From an uncultured delta proteobacterium (GTDB taxonomy: Bacteria; Myxococcota_A; Polyangia; Palsa-1104): DNA of 64,000 nucleotides. The stretch covers positions 96,001 to 160,000 of the forward strand of contig CAWAWS010000039.1 of NCBI GenBank assembly GCA_963785725.1, written 5' to 3'. This document shows, one piece after another, positions 1 to 11,110 of this stretch. The translations under genes were made by a program, and so were the position numbers. Each line of letters begins with the position of its first letter. The stretch's first letter is position 1. Under the pieces are notes generated by a model, which saw nothing but the letters and a program-made list of their open reading frames with translations, did no database searches and was not told the origin of the DNA.

Positions 1-46
1 AAGCAACGGCTGGAGGCCGCCGGATTCTCGGCCCGCCTCCTGACCC

Positions 47-1321
47 TCAGCCGCCGGTTGGACTGAAGCGACGCTCGGTGTTCACCCGCCGCGGCGGTGG
101 CGGTGGGATGCGGAGCCCGAGCAGCTTGGCCAGAGCGGGAACCGCACCGGCCGCATTGCGGGCCGCCTGCTTTGCCACCTCGTCGTCGGGGATCCCCGTC
201 GGCTTGACGGTGCGGCGCACCGGGGACGCGACGACGGCGTCGAGCAGGCGCATCCAGTCCTCGGGGGTCAGGTCGGCCGTCATGGCCTCCCCGGCGGCCG
301 CAGCCAGCCTGACGGCCAGTTCCGCCGGGCAACGCGTGCCGGGCTCGGGAGGACGGATGGAGGCTTCGACCGCCTGCTGGACCCTTCCGTCGTTGAGCGC
401 GTTCGTGATGCGGGCGAGCCACTCTTCCCGGAGAGCAGTCGTCCGTTGGTCGAGTGACTCCTGGAGCGCCTTGGCCATGGCGCGGCCCTCTTCGTCGAGG
501 TTGACCGTACGCGAGGCGGCGACGACGGCCCGGAGCTCTCGCAGGCGGTAGTCCTTCCCCGTCGTCTGCGCCACGGTGGCGCGGTCCTTCCAGTCGGCCA
601 GGCGGACCACCGGCAGCAGCTCGTCGGCCATGGCCAGCAGCGCGTCGGCGGCGACCGGAGGCTTTCCTGCGGCCTTGTTGGAGGTGTTCTGGGCCTCTAT
701 CGCCTGCCGCACGGCCTGGAGGCCGCCGCGGAGGAGCTGTTCGGCCACCGGGATCTGTTCGGGGCGCAGGGCCGCGAGCATGGCGTTGCGGTGCACGGTG
801 GACGTGGGCGCGACCGGACGCTCGCCCCGGGCGGGCCGCCCGTCACCTTCACCGGGACGCCGAGCTCCGGGCCGACGAGGTCCGCCGGCACCGCGTGGCG
901 GTCGATCGCCGCCGCGCTCCTCGCGCCGCCCTTCTCCGTCGGGACCCCGGCGGTTCCCTCCGCCGCGGCGGTCGCCACGGTCGCCACGGTCGCCGTCGTC
1001 GTCGCGATCACGGCGCCGCTTGTTGGAGCCGGGCGCCAGGATGACCGAGACGTCCGGCGCTCGCCTCGGCGTGCCCTTGACCTCAATGCGGCCTTCCGTC
1101 TTCTCGGGCGAGCGGGCCGGCTTCGCCGAGGCAAGCGACAGGATCTCGATGCCCTCCAGGCCGATTTCGACGTCGGCCCGCAACACCGCGCCGACCGCCT
1201 CTCCGGGCGGCACGAGAGCAGCCTCGACGGTGCCTTTGGGCTGGCGCGCGCCGGCGGCGCGCCAGGTCCACGACCCGTCGCCCGTCTGGCTCGTCAATTC
1301 GATGTCGATTCTGCGTGACAT
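47..1321 (-). CDS. Hypothetical protein: N-terminal globular region, R/G/D-rich disordered linker, helical C-terminal region
   Basis: 424-aa ORF with ATG start and high-GC codon pattern; no catalytic motif recognised. Confidence 0.75.
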   Translation of the reverse strand: MSRRIDIELTSQTGDGSWTWRAAGARQPKGTVEAALVPPGEAVGAVLRADVEIGLEGIEILSLASAKPARSPEKTEGRIEVKGTPRRAPDVSVILAPGSNKRRRDRDDDGDRGDRGDRRGGGNRRGPDGEGRREERGGDRPPRGAGGPRRPGARRPGEGDGRPARGERPVAPTSTVHRNAMLAALRPEQIPVAEQLLRGGLQAVRQAIEAQNTSNKAAGKPPVAADALLAMADELLPVVRLADWKDRATVAQTTGKDYRLRELRAVVAASRTVNLDEEGRAMAKALQESLDQRTTALREEWLARITNALNDGRVQQAVEASIRPPEPGTRCPAELAVRLAAAAGEAMTADLTPEDWMRLLDAVVASPVRRTVKPTGIPDDEVAKQAARNAAGAVPALAKLLGLRIPPPPPRRVNTERRFSPTGG

Positions 1322-1486
1322 GCGGCGGACACGCTACCTCGCCTGGAGCCCCTGCCCGATGCCGGGCCGCGATCGGCATCCCGTAACATGGCCTCAGGAC
1401 GTCCGCATGACTGCGGGAGCCATCGGGGCGAGCCACCCCACCGTGACGCGGTGCGGGTGCGCCACGCCCCCTTCAGGAGGATCCAC

Positions 1487-3166
1487 ATGAGTGAGGACAC
1501 CGAGCAGCCAGGGACGGAGCCCGCTGCCGGCACACCCCAAGACGCTCGCCGTGCCGCCCACGACGGCGTCGCCGTCGCCGATCGAGTCCGTGCGCCCCGA
1601 CGAGACACCGGCCCCAACCGACGACGGGCCACCGCCGCCCTACGGAGGAGCAGGGGAGCCTGCGCCACCATCCGAGCAGAGTGGCGGAGCGGTCGACGCC
1701 CCACCGCCGGCTCCACCCGCCTTCCCGGTGCCGAGCGCGTCGCCGAATGCCGGTTCGTCCTACCCTCCGCCGCCGCCCGGCTCGTGGGCGCCGCCCACTG
1801 CTGCCGACGACACCGGTCCCACGACCGCGGTGACACCGCCGGTCCTCCCCTTCGCGTACCCCCCATCGGGCGACGCGACCTACCCTGGGTCCACCCCTCC
1901 GGGCGCAGGCCGCCGCACCCCGGGCAAGGTGCGCGCCTGGCTGCCCGTGGTGATCGTGGCGGCCCTCGTCGGCGGCGGCATCGGCGCCGGCGTGACCGCT
2001 CTGGCGGACAACAACAACGGCGGCAGCGGCTCCAACGTCACCATCCACGAGAGCAGCGCCGCACCCGGAGCGGCCGTCCTCAGCGGCAACGTGACCATCC
2101 CGGAGCTCGTGAGCAAGGTCATTCCCGCCGTGGTCTCCATCGACGTGAAGTCGAACGGCAACGAGGACGAGGGAACCGGCATGATCATCTCCTCCACCGG
2201 AGAGGTCATCACGAACAACCACGTCATTGAGCTCTACAGCGAAGGCGGCGACACCGGCTCCATCACGGTCACCGAGTACGGCCAGACCAAGGCGCTGCCC
2301 ACCACGCTCGTGGGTTACGACCAGTCCAAGGACGTGGCGCTCCTCAAGATCACCAACGGGGCGAACCTCCCGACGATCACGTTCGGGAACTCGAGCAAGG
2401 CCGTCGTCGGCGACGCCGTGGTGGCCATCGGCAACGCGCTGGGCCTCGCCGCCGGCACGCCCACGGTGACCCAGGGCATCGTCTCCGCACTGGGACGCTC
2501 GGTGACCGCCGGGGGTGAGGGGACCGAAACCGAAACCCTCCAGAACATGATCCAGACCGATGCCGCCATCAATCCCGGCAACTCCGGGGGGCCACTCATC
2601 GACACGTCAGGCCAGGTCATCGGCATGAACACGGCCGTCGCCGGCACGACGAGCGACGGGACCTCGTCGCAGAACATCGGCTTCGCCATTCCGGCCGCCT
2701 CGGTCGAGTCGCTCATCTCCCAGCTCGAGAAGGGTGGCCAGTCCGGGAACGGCGGCGGCTATCTGGGCGTCGACATCACGTCGCTCACGCCGGCGTTGCG
2801 CCAGCAGTACGGCTTCACCCCCTCCTCCGGGGCCGTGATCCTCAGCGTGGTCTCGGGGTCCCCGGCGGACAAGGCGGGCCTGGTCGAGGGCGACGTCATC
2901 GTCAACATCGACGGCACGCGCCATCACCTCCTCGGACGACCTGCAGAAGGTCGTCCAGGGCGACAAGGCGGGCCAGAAGATCACCATCACCTATTACGTG
3001 GGAGACAGCAAGCGAACGACCACTGCCACGCTCGGCAGCCAGGCCGAGGCCCAGCAGCAGGCAGGGCAGCACCGGGAACACCGGAAGTGGCGGTACCACC
3101 AACCCCTTCGGTGGGGGAGGGTTTCCCGGCTTCGGCAACTCCGGCAGTACCGGAGGGACGCCCTAA
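1487..3166 (+). CDS. htrA: HtrA/DegP-like trypsin serine protease with PDZ domain (apparent frameshifts near 1535, 2918, 3063)
   Basis: AGGAGG before ATG 1487; Pro-rich N-terminus, TM helix, TNNHV, DVALLK, TDAAINPGNSGGPL and GYLGV PDZ; correct frame continues AITSSDDLQKVV and ends at TAA 3164-3166. Confidence 0.9.
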
Positions 3167-3667
3167 CTACCTGAGGGCAGCCGACGGGATGTCGAAGTTC
3201 CGGTCGGGATGGGCCGGCGGGACGTTCATGGAGCCGTTGGGGGTCCATCCGCTGGCTTCGATGTCCTCGAGCACGTGCGCCATGTTGTAGGTGTCCTCTT
3301 CGTACGAGAACTTCCCGTCGCCGGCGTAGATGAGACGCGAGTAACCCGATTGCCGGTAAGGCGTCCCGTCGGGCCGCGTCCTGGGCATGATCTGCGTCCA
3401 CTTGACCACGACGTCGTTCCCCTCGATCGCCGTGAACTCAATCGGGAACTTCCAGTCCTCCATGCCCAGCATGGAGTCCACCAGCCAGTGCGCGATGGCT
3501 TCGCGTCCCTCGATGCGCCCCCAGGCGCCATCGATGTACACCGCGTCCTCGGTGTAGAAGTCGGCCAGCACGCCGAAGGCGTCGGGCTCGAGGCCCTCGT
3601 CGATACGCCGACGCAGCTCGTGGTAGCGCTCGACAGTTGCCTGGACTTCATCACGCGGAAACGGCAT
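3167..3667 (-). CDS. NTF2/SnoaL-like family protein
   Basis: MPFPRDEV start; FYTEDAVY.D..WG.IEGREAI pattern typical of the SnoaL-like fold. Confidence 0.8.
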   Translation of the reverse strand: MPFPRDEVQATVERYHELRRRIDEGLEPDAFGVLADFYTEDAVYIDGAWGRIEGREAIAHWLVDSMLGMEDWKFPIEFTAIEGNDVVVKWTQIMPRTRPDGTPYRQSGYSRLIYAGDGKFSYEEDTYNMAHVLEDIEASGWTPNGSMNVPPAHPDRNFDIPSAALR

Positions 3668-3681
3668 CGTCTCTCCCTCAG

Positions 3682-4188
3682 TTAGGTCTCGACCGCACGG
3701 TAGGCGATCCGGCACAGGTCCAGCTCCGCCAGCGCGCTGGAACGGTCGGCAAACCCCTGGACCTCCACCGACTTGTCGGGCTCGAGGTCCTTGTAGATGC
3801 TGAAGAAATGGGCGATCTCGTTGCGCAGGTGCTCCGGCACGTCGCTGATGTCGTGGGCGTCGTCCCACTGGGGGTCGTGCTCCAGGACGCAGATCAGCTT
3901 GGCGTCCACGCCCTTCTCGTCGCTCATGGAGAACATGCCGAGGATGCGAGCCCGCACCACGCAACCGGGGAAGGTGGGATCGGCCACCAGGACCAGTGCG
4001 TCGAGCGGGTCGCCGTCGCCGGCCAGGGTGTCAGGGACGAACCCGTAATCCGCCGGATAGGTGGTGGCGGTGAAGAGGCGGCGATCCAACCGGATCACAT
4101 GCTGCTCGTGGTCGTACTCGTACTTGTTGCGGCTCCCCGTGGGGATCTCGATCACCACGTCGATCGCGTCGTCAGGAGACATGCTCAC
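3682..4188 (-). CDS. ppa: Family I inorganic pyrophosphatase
   Basis: IEIP.GSRNKYEYD, YPADYGFVP.TL..DGDPLDALVL, DEKG.DAK, HFF..YK.LE motifs. Confidence 0.95.
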   Translation of the reverse strand: MSMSPDDAIDVVIEIPTGSRNKYEYDHEQHVIRLDRRLFTATTYPADYGFVPDTLAGDGDPLDALVLVADPTFPGCVVRARILGMFSMSDEKGVDAKLICVLEHDPQWDDAHDISDVPEHLRNEIAHFFSIYKDLEPDKSVEVQGFADRSSALAELDLCRIAYRAVET

Positions 4189-4616
4189 GAGGGGGACGGT
4201 GCCTCGCTGCGCCGAGCAGGGTCGACCGGGCTCATGATGCCGACCCCGTTGCCGTCAGGGTCGCTCACGACGGCGTAGCGGGCGCCCCAGAAGGCGTCGT
4301 ACGGCTCCTGCTGCACGGGAACGCCATCGGCGGCCAGAGCCGCTACCAGGGCGTCGACGCCCGCCCGGGTGTCCACCTTGAAGCCGAGGATCGCGCCGCT
4401 GCCCGACCCACCCCGATTCCACTTGGCGGCGAACGTCACGCTGTCCAGATCCAGGTCGAGGGGAGTGCTGTCACCGTGCCGGGCGGACACGTGGTGGGCA
4501 TCCCAGACAGGGTCGGGCTCGTCGCCGAAATCGAGGCCGAGGCGGGCGTAGAAGGCGCGACTCGCCGGCACGTCGTGCACGACGAGATTCACCTGGTCCA
4601 GGCGGATCGCTGCCAC
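4185..4616 (-). CDS. VOC/glyoxalase/bleomycin-resistance family protein
   Basis: LDQVNLVV.DV..S..FY..LG and EPYDAFWGARYAVV.DPDGN; probable GTG start at 4616; stop overlaps ppa start. Confidence 0.85.
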   Translation of the reverse strand: MAAIRLDQVNLVVHDVPASRAFYARLGLDFGDEPDPVWDAHHVSARHGDSTPLDLDLDSVTFAAKWNRGGSGSGAILGFKVDTRAGVDALVAALAADGVPVQQEPYDAFWGARYAVVSDPDGNGVGIMSPVDPARRSEAPSPS

Positions 4617-4684
4617 TACGACCACCGTAGTGTCACGCGTCGGGGGATCGTGCTGCCGGGTGTGGCGCGGGCCGGCCGTTCGGC

Positions 4685-6448
4685 TCAGCCGCCGAAACCC
4701 CCGCCGCCGCCGCCCCCGACCCGTGAGACGCTGAAGGTCGCGCCGCCGCGCCGCCTGCGCCACCGAAGCCACCGCCGCCGAAGCCACCGAAGCCACCGCC
4801 GCCGAAGCCACCGCCACCGAGGGCGTTGGTGAGGTCGGTGTTGGACGAGGGGACCGCCTCTGCGTAATCGGCGAGCACGATGCTCTGTCCGTCGCTCAGG
4901 CCCGAAAGAACCTGGGTGTACGTGTCACCCACCATGCCGACCTTGATGACCTTCGTGGTCAACACTCCCTTGTCGATCTCGAGGACGTACGAGCGGGTGC
5001 CCGTCGTCTCGACGGCCGAGGTGGGCACGGCCAGCACGTTGGAGACCGATCCGGTGTCGATCAAGACGTTGGCCGTCGAGCCGGTGAACAGCGCCTCGTT
5101 GGAGGCGGGCAGCTCGACCACGACCGGGTAGCTGTACTCGCCATCGCTCGATTGGACAGGGCCGACCTGGGACACGGTGCCGGTCACCGACCCCTGCGTC
5201 CCGTCGACCTGCACCGAGGCGCTCTGGCCGACCTTGACCGAGGGGACCTGCGAGCTATCGAGGGTGCCCTGGACCTCATAGGACTTGGTGCCGATGATGG
5301 TGATGATGTCGGTGCTCGAATCGGCGCTGACCGTGTCGCCCACCGCGATGTCCACCGAGACGACGGTGCCGGCGATCGGACTGGTCAAGGTGGTCTCGTT
5401 CAGCGACTGCTCGTCATTGATGAGGTCGGCCTCGGCGGAATCGATGGACGCCTGATCGGAGGCGATCTGCTGGGGCGTATCAGTGTCGGCTCCGGTTGCG
5501 CCCGAGCCGGTTGCGCCCGAGCCGGTTGCGCCCGAGCCGGTTGCGCCCGAGCCGGTGGCAGCCAGAGCCAGTGCCCGTGTTGCCCGTCGTCGCGTCGGTT
5601 GCATCGACGGTGTGGCCACCCTGAGTCGGGCCCGTGCCTGAGGTCCCGGTCGTCGACGTGGTGCCGCTCGAGGACTCGGCATCGAGCGCCTGGCCGAGGG
5701 CGGTCTCGTCCTTCGACACGGTGGTCTGATCCTTTGACACCTGCTGCTCGTCTGACGAGACCGTCTGGAGCGCCGCCTCACACGTGGCCTGTCCGGTCGT
5801 CGTGGAGGTGTTGGCGGTGGTGCAGTCGCTCTGGGCCTGCGCCAGGTCGGCCGCCTCCTTGTTCTGGTCGGTTTTCAGGGTCGACTCGTCGCTGGTCAAC
5901 GTGCTCTGATCGGCGGTGACGGTGGCGCTCTGGCCACTCGTCGTCCCACGCGACGGCGAGGGCGAGGGCGTGGGCGTGGTCGTGGTGGTTGTCGTGGTCG
6001 ACGACGGGGTCGAGGTCTGGGTCTTGGAGGGCGCCGCCGAGGAACTGGTCTCGCTCTCCTCGTCCTCGACGAGCTTGGCCTCGTCCGCCGCCACCGTGGA
6101 CTGGGCGGACGAAACGGACTCGCTCAGGGCGGTCGTGTCGAGCGTGCCCAGCGTCTGCCCGGCCGTGACGACCTGTCCCGGTGTCACGGAGATGGTGGCG
6201 ACCTGACCGGCCACCTGAAACGACGACGCGGCGTCGCTGACCGGTTCGATGTCGCCGACGACGTCGAGCGTCGTCCCGATGTTGGCGTGGGTCACCGTCG
6301 CCATGCGGTAGCCGGCGCTGCCGTTCCCGACCTCGGCCCAGGCGGCCACGCCGCCGCCGAGGATGACGACGGCGACGACCGCACCGACCAGGACGGCGCG
6401 CCGGTGCCCGGCACGGCCCCAACCCGAGCGTGAGCCCGACTTAGGCAC
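4685..6448 (-). CDS. Membrane-fusion (periplasmic adaptor) protein 2, MacA/YknX-like, with S/T-rich linkers and GGFGG tail (frameshifts near 5565 and 4745)
   Basis: N-terminal TM helix; F.V.G.V..I.V..GQ.V.AGQ.L lipoyl half, SPIAGTV, LAVP.SAV, VGM.GD..TQVLSGL; split over ORFs 5480-6628 and 4633-5781. Confidence 0.8.
5491..5556. repeat. Tandem repeat, 15-bp unit GCCGGTTGCGCCCGA (about 4 copies; encodes GSGAT)
   Basis: Read directly in the sequence. Confidence 0.9.
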
Positions 6449-7403
6449 CGGTCCCTCCGCCACCACCGAAGCCACCGCCGCCGGCGCCGGGTCCACCAAA
6501 GCCTCCGCCGCCGCCACCGAAGCGCCCGAACCCGCTGCTGCAGGTCCCGCTCGTCGCTGTGATGCGCACGGTGGTCGCCGTGACCGAGCCGTTCGTCGCG
6601 GCCGGGCCGAAGGCACTGACGCAGTCACCCACGGCGAGGTCGGTCGACGCGGCCGTCTGGGTGGCGCTGACCGTGGTCGAACTCGCAGTGGTCACCTTGA
6701 GCGTCTCGGTCTTGGGCGTGGTCGGCTTCTTGGTCTTCGACGAAGGCTTGGTCGTCCCGCGGGTGAAGGCACCCGGGCTGATGCTGATGCCCGACACCGT
6801 GAGGGTGGAGCCGCTGACGCCGGTCACCTTGCCCGAGGCAATGGCCAGATTCGCGAAGGCCTTGCGGAAGTTGGAGGAACCGCCTCCGCTGAAGCTCGGA
6901 CGTGTCCCACCTTCGGCCCCGCCGCCACCGCCGAAGCCACCACCGGTGCGGAAGCCGCCGCCCCCACCCGGGAATGCTCCGGCCCCACCTGCGCCCGCCG
7001 CGCCGGTGCGGCTACCCAGGGTGGTACACGAACCCGACGAACTGGCCGTGTTCACGGTGATGGTGCGCGCCGCGATCGTCGTCTTGGACTTCTTCGAGGG
7101 CGTCCCGCTCACCGTGACGCAATCACCGCTGACGATCGCGCTGACCGCCTCGGTCGCCGTCTTGGAGAACGCCGTGGTCGTGGTCCAGTTCACCGTCGTC
7201 TGCCCCGAGCTCGCGTTCTGGACCTCCATGCTCGATGCGCTGAGAGACGCCACGCTGCCCGTGGCCCCGGTGGGAGCGTTGGCCGGCGGGGCTGCTCCCG
7301 CTGCGGAGGCCAAGGCGGTTGCGGCGAGCAGCGCCGTGGCGCCCGCGCCGCCGAGGCGCATGAAGCGCCGTCGGCTGGTACTCCGGCTGGTCAATGACTG
7401 CAT
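6441..7403 (-). CDS. Secreted protein with twin-arginine-like signal and two DUF5666-like repeats, GGFGG linker and tail
   Basis: SRRRFMR + hydrophobic stretch + ASAAGA; two repeats, each with GDCV...TARTITV/TATTVRI...C. Confidence 0.7.
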   Translation of the reverse strand: MQSLTSRSTSRRRFMRLGGAGATALLAATALASAAGAAPPANAPTGATGSVASLSASSMEVQNASSGQTTVNWTTTTAFSKTATEAVSAIVSGDCVTVSGTPSKKSKTTIAARTITVNTASSSGSCTTLGSRTGAAGAGGAGAFPGGGGGFRTGGGFGGGGGAEGGTRPSFSGGGSSNFRKAFANLAIASGKVTGVSGSTLTVSGISISPGAFTRGTTKPSSKTKKPTTPKTETLKVTTASSTTVSATQTAASTDLAVGDCVSAFGPAATNGSVTATTVRITATSGTCSSGFGRFGGGGGGFGGPGAGGGGFGGGGGTGA

Positions 7404-7460
7404 CGTCCTACTTCCTCTTTCCGTTGCTCATGTGTGGTGTGTGTCGTTCCGGGCACGGGA

Positions 7461-8706
7461 TCACTCGCTGCGGAGGGCATCGATGGGAGCGAGCGTGGCC
7501 GCCCGACTGGCGGGGTAGACCCCGAAGAGAACGCCGATCGCCAGCGCGATGGCCAGCGCCCCGACCGCGGCGGTCGGGCTGGAAGAAATGGGGTCTCCGA
7601 TGAGGCCGGGCAGCCAGACCACGCCGAGCAATCCGGCCAGCACCCCCAACAATCCGCCGATCAATCCGAGCACCGATGCCTCCACCAGGAACTGACGGCG
7701 GATGACCCGGGGCGTGGCACCCAGCGCCTTGCGCAACCCGATCTCCCGGATGCGCTCGGTGACCGACACCAGCATGATGTTCATGACGCCGATGCCGCCC
7801 ACGATGAGCGAGATGGCGGCAATCCCACCCAGGAGGATGGTCAGCGTGTGGTCCACCGATGTGTTGGCGGCGATGAGCGACGCCTGCGAGGTGATCGTGA
7901 AGTCCGCGTCAGCGGCGTCGGTGATGCCGTGCAGCTGCAGGAGGAGATGGTCCGCCTCCTGATAGGCCCCGGTCAGGTCGGCCGACGAACGGGCCTGCAC
8001 GGCAATGGAGCTGACGGCGTTCCGCGAGGTGCCGCCGAAGATGCGCTCGGCGCCCGTCGTGATGGGAATGATCGCCGTGTCGTCGGGGTCCGTGGTGCTC
8101 GACGACGACGTGGAAGACCCGGTCGACGTCAGCACGCCGACGACGGTGAGCGGGACGCCGTTCACGTCGACCGTCTGACCCACGGGGTCCTCGCGGCTGA
8201 AGAGCTCCGAGGCCGTGGTCTCGCCCAGGACCACGACGGCGTTCAGATCCTTCACATCCTGATTGTCGAGAAAGCGGCCCTTGGGCCACCGTGCGCCCTC
8301 GGACGGTGAGCCAGGACGGTGTCGTCCCCTGCACGGTCGTCGTTGCCGTCTCGCTGCCCGCCGTCAGAACCTCGGAGGAAGAGGTGATGCCGGCCACCGC
8401 CTTGATGTCGGGGGCGTCTATCGGGGAGGCCAGCGCCGACACGTCCGCCGTGGTCAGGGTGGACGCCGATCCCAACGCCTCGCGGATGCCCGAGGTCGAC
8501 GTCGTGCTTCCGGGCGTGATGGTCAGGACATTCGAGCCGAGTGAATTGATCTCGGAGGTGACCTGGCCCGAGGCGCCTTCGCCAAGGCCCACGGCGATGA
8601 TCACGCCGGCGATGCCGATCAGGATGCCGAGGACCGTGAGGAAGGAGCGCAGCCGGTGGGTCCGTACTCCGTTGACACCTGTGCGAATGGTCTCGAGCCA
8701 GCTCAC
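7461..8706 (-). CDS. MacB/FtsX-type ABC transporter permease (frameshift near 8279)
   Basis: [66 protein letters not shown]. Confidence 0.92.
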
Positions 8707-9440
8707 CGGACACTCTCCAGGTACCGCTGGTCATTGTCGGTCAGGAGACCGTCACGAATGCCGACGACGCGACCGGCAGCCCCCGCCACCTCGACGTCGT
8801 GCGTGATGAGGACGAGTGTGCGGCCGGCGTCGTGCAGCTCGCCCATCAATCGCAGCACGTCGGCCGCCGACTTCGAATCGAGATTGCCGGTGGGCTCGTC
8901 CGCCAGGATCAGGTCGGGCTCCGTGACCAGGGCGCGCGCTACCGCGACACGCTGTTGCTGTCCGCCGGAGAGCTCACCGGGGCGGTGGTTCACGCGGCCG
9001 GCCAATCCGACGCGGCTCAGTGCTTCCATTGCCCGCTCCTTGCGGACGGACCGCGGCACGCCGGCGTAGACCATCGGAAGCTCGACGTTCTGCCAGGCCG
9101 TCATGGACGCCAGCAGGTTGAACTGCTGGAAGACGAAGCCGATGCGCCGGTTGCGCACCTCGGCCAGCGCCGTCTCGCTCATGTGGCTGACGTCCTCGCC
9201 CGCCAGGTGGTACTGACCGGAGCTCGGGACATCGAGGCAGCCCAGGATGTGCATGAGGGTCGACTTGCCCGAGCCGGAGGGCCCGATGATGGCGACGTAC
9301 TCGCCCTGTTCGATCGACAGGCTGACACCCCGGAGTGCGGCCACGCTGATGGTGCCGGTTCGGTAGACCTTGGTCACCCGCTCCAGCTCGATCACCGTGT
9401 CCCGGACGGGGGGAGTCCCCTGCGGGGGAGTGATGGTCAT
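8703..9440 (-). CDS. MacB/LolD-type ABC transporter ATP-binding protein
   Basis: [39 protein letters not shown]. Confidence 0.95.
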   Translation of the reverse strand: MTITPPQGTPPVRDTVIELERVTKVYRTGTISVAALRGVSLSIEQGEYVAIIGPSGSGKSTLMHILGCLDVPSSGQYHLAGEDVSHMSETALAEVRNRRIGFVFQQFNLLASMTAWQNVELPMVYAGVPRSVRKERAMEALSRVGLAGRVNHRPGELSGGQQQRVAVARALVTEPDLILADEPTGNLDSKSAADVLRLMGELHDAGRTLVLITHDVEVAGAAGRVVGIRDGLLTDNDQRYLESVR

Positions 9441-10793
9441 CCGCCGAACCCGCCACCGCCGGTGGTGAAGCCGCCTCCGCCACCGAACCCGCCGGCTCCG
9501 GCGCCGCCGAACCCGCCCGCGCCGCCGCCGAACCGCCGCGTCGTCCCGGTGCCGCCACCCAAGATGCCGCCGGCACCGCCGCCGGGCGCCTTGAAGGTGA
9601 TCTCACGCTCGAGCACCTTGTCCCCGCTGGTGACCCCGCTGGTGATCTGCGTCTCACCGTTCTCTGCCGCGCCGACGGTCACGTTGGTGACGACGTGGCT
9701 CCCGTTGACCACTTTCGTGACGGTGGCCTGGCCGTTCGTGCCGTAGGAGATGGCGCCCGTGGGCACCTCGGTGACGTCGTTGAGCTGCTTCACAATGATG
9801 CTGACGTCAGCCGTGGCGCCGGCGTAGAGGCCGGTGCGGGTTGCCCGTCACGTCGATCACCACGGGGAAGGTGGTGACGTCCGAGCTCGCGCTGCCGATG
9901 AGGCTGATCGATCCCACCGTGCCGTAGACGGGCGTGGTGTCGCCGCTCGGGGTGATGTCGACCTGGTCGCCGTCGGCGATCTCGCCGATTTCGGTGTCGT
10001 CGACTGTCGCGTTGACGATGTAGGAGTCCGTCCCGATCACCACGATCTGGCCGGACGACGATCCCGAGCCGCTGTCGCCGGAAGCCGCGCTGCTGGCGGC
10101 GCTCGACGCTGCACTGCTGTCGTTGCCGGTACCACCGGAGCCCGACCCGGTCCCGGTCACCTGCTCGCCGGTCGTCAGATCGACCGAGGCCACCGTGCCG
10201 GAGATCGTCGAGGTCAACGACGCGTCGTTGAGGTTGGTCTGCGCCGTGGACAGCGAGGACTCGGCGGATGTGACCGATGCTTCGTCCGAATCGATGGTGC
10301 TGGTCGCCGCGCCTGACGACTCGTCGCTGTCAAGGCGGTCCTCCGCTGCCGTGAGTTGGGCCTGGGCTGCGGTCACCTGGTCGGAGAGAGCGGTGGTGTC
10401 GACCGTCGCCAGCACCTGGCCGGCCGTGACCGTTTGGCCCGCCTTGACGTTCACGCCGGTCACCGTGCCCGAGACGGCGAAGTTCAGAGCGGCCTGGCTG
10501 GCCGGCTCGAGCGTCCCGGAGCTGGCCACCGTCTGTTGGATGTTGCCCGTCGTCGCGGTGGCCGTGACCGTCGTCACCGTGAGCCCCGTCGCCGGGGTCG
10601 AGCTCGATGTCAGCCAGAGCGTCAGGCCGACGGCACCGGCGATCAGGACAACCACCACGGCGACGATGGGCCACCGGTACCGGCGCCACATTGATGGCGG
10701 CTCGGTCGCCAGGACGTTCTCGTCGTCGAGCGGCAATTCCTCTGTCAGATCCACTGGGTTCTCCGGCGCCTCGACCGATACCGTTTTCGCCAT
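9437..10793 (-). CDS. Membrane-fusion (periplasmic adaptor) protein 1, MacA/YknX-like, GGFGG tail (frameshift near 9837)
   Basis: TM helix, LNF.VSGTV..VNVKAGQ.V.AGQVLA, STISGTV, VPTGAI; ORFs 9807-10793 plus 9437-9793. Confidence 0.85.
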
Positions 10794-10837
10794 GGGGCCA
10801 GTTCAGACTGGTCACGTCACAGTCAGCAGAATTCCAG

Positions 10838-10877
10838 CTGTGAGCCCGCTTGGGGTTCTGCCTAAATGCTACCTAAA
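10838..10877 (-). promoter_or_regulatory. Possible tandem response-regulator boxes upstream of the ABC operon
   Basis: Minus-strand hexamers TTTAGG, TTTAGG, CCCAAG, TCACAG at 11-12 bp period. Confidence 0.3.
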
Positions 10878-11110
10878 GTGCCCTGGTCAGAACAGTTCAT
10901 GCCCCTTCGGGGCGCAAAGAATGTGCCCAGCCGGCGCCGAATCGACTCCACAACAGCTGCCGCAAGGTGGCGCGCCGGCAACGGTTCGATGGAGTGGGTC
11001 TGTCGCCACCTCCCGACCCGGTCGGATGCTGTCGCCGAGACCACCGGCACGGCATACTGCGGACCCGTGGGGGAGCGGAGCGTGCGAGAGGATTGCAGGG
11101 GGACCGGCCG

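Noticed and set aside
4685..5556. Possible CRISPR or regulatory repeat arrays
   Set aside because: Repeats are contiguous coding microrepeats (GGFGG, GSGAT) with no unique spacers; no cas genes in the window
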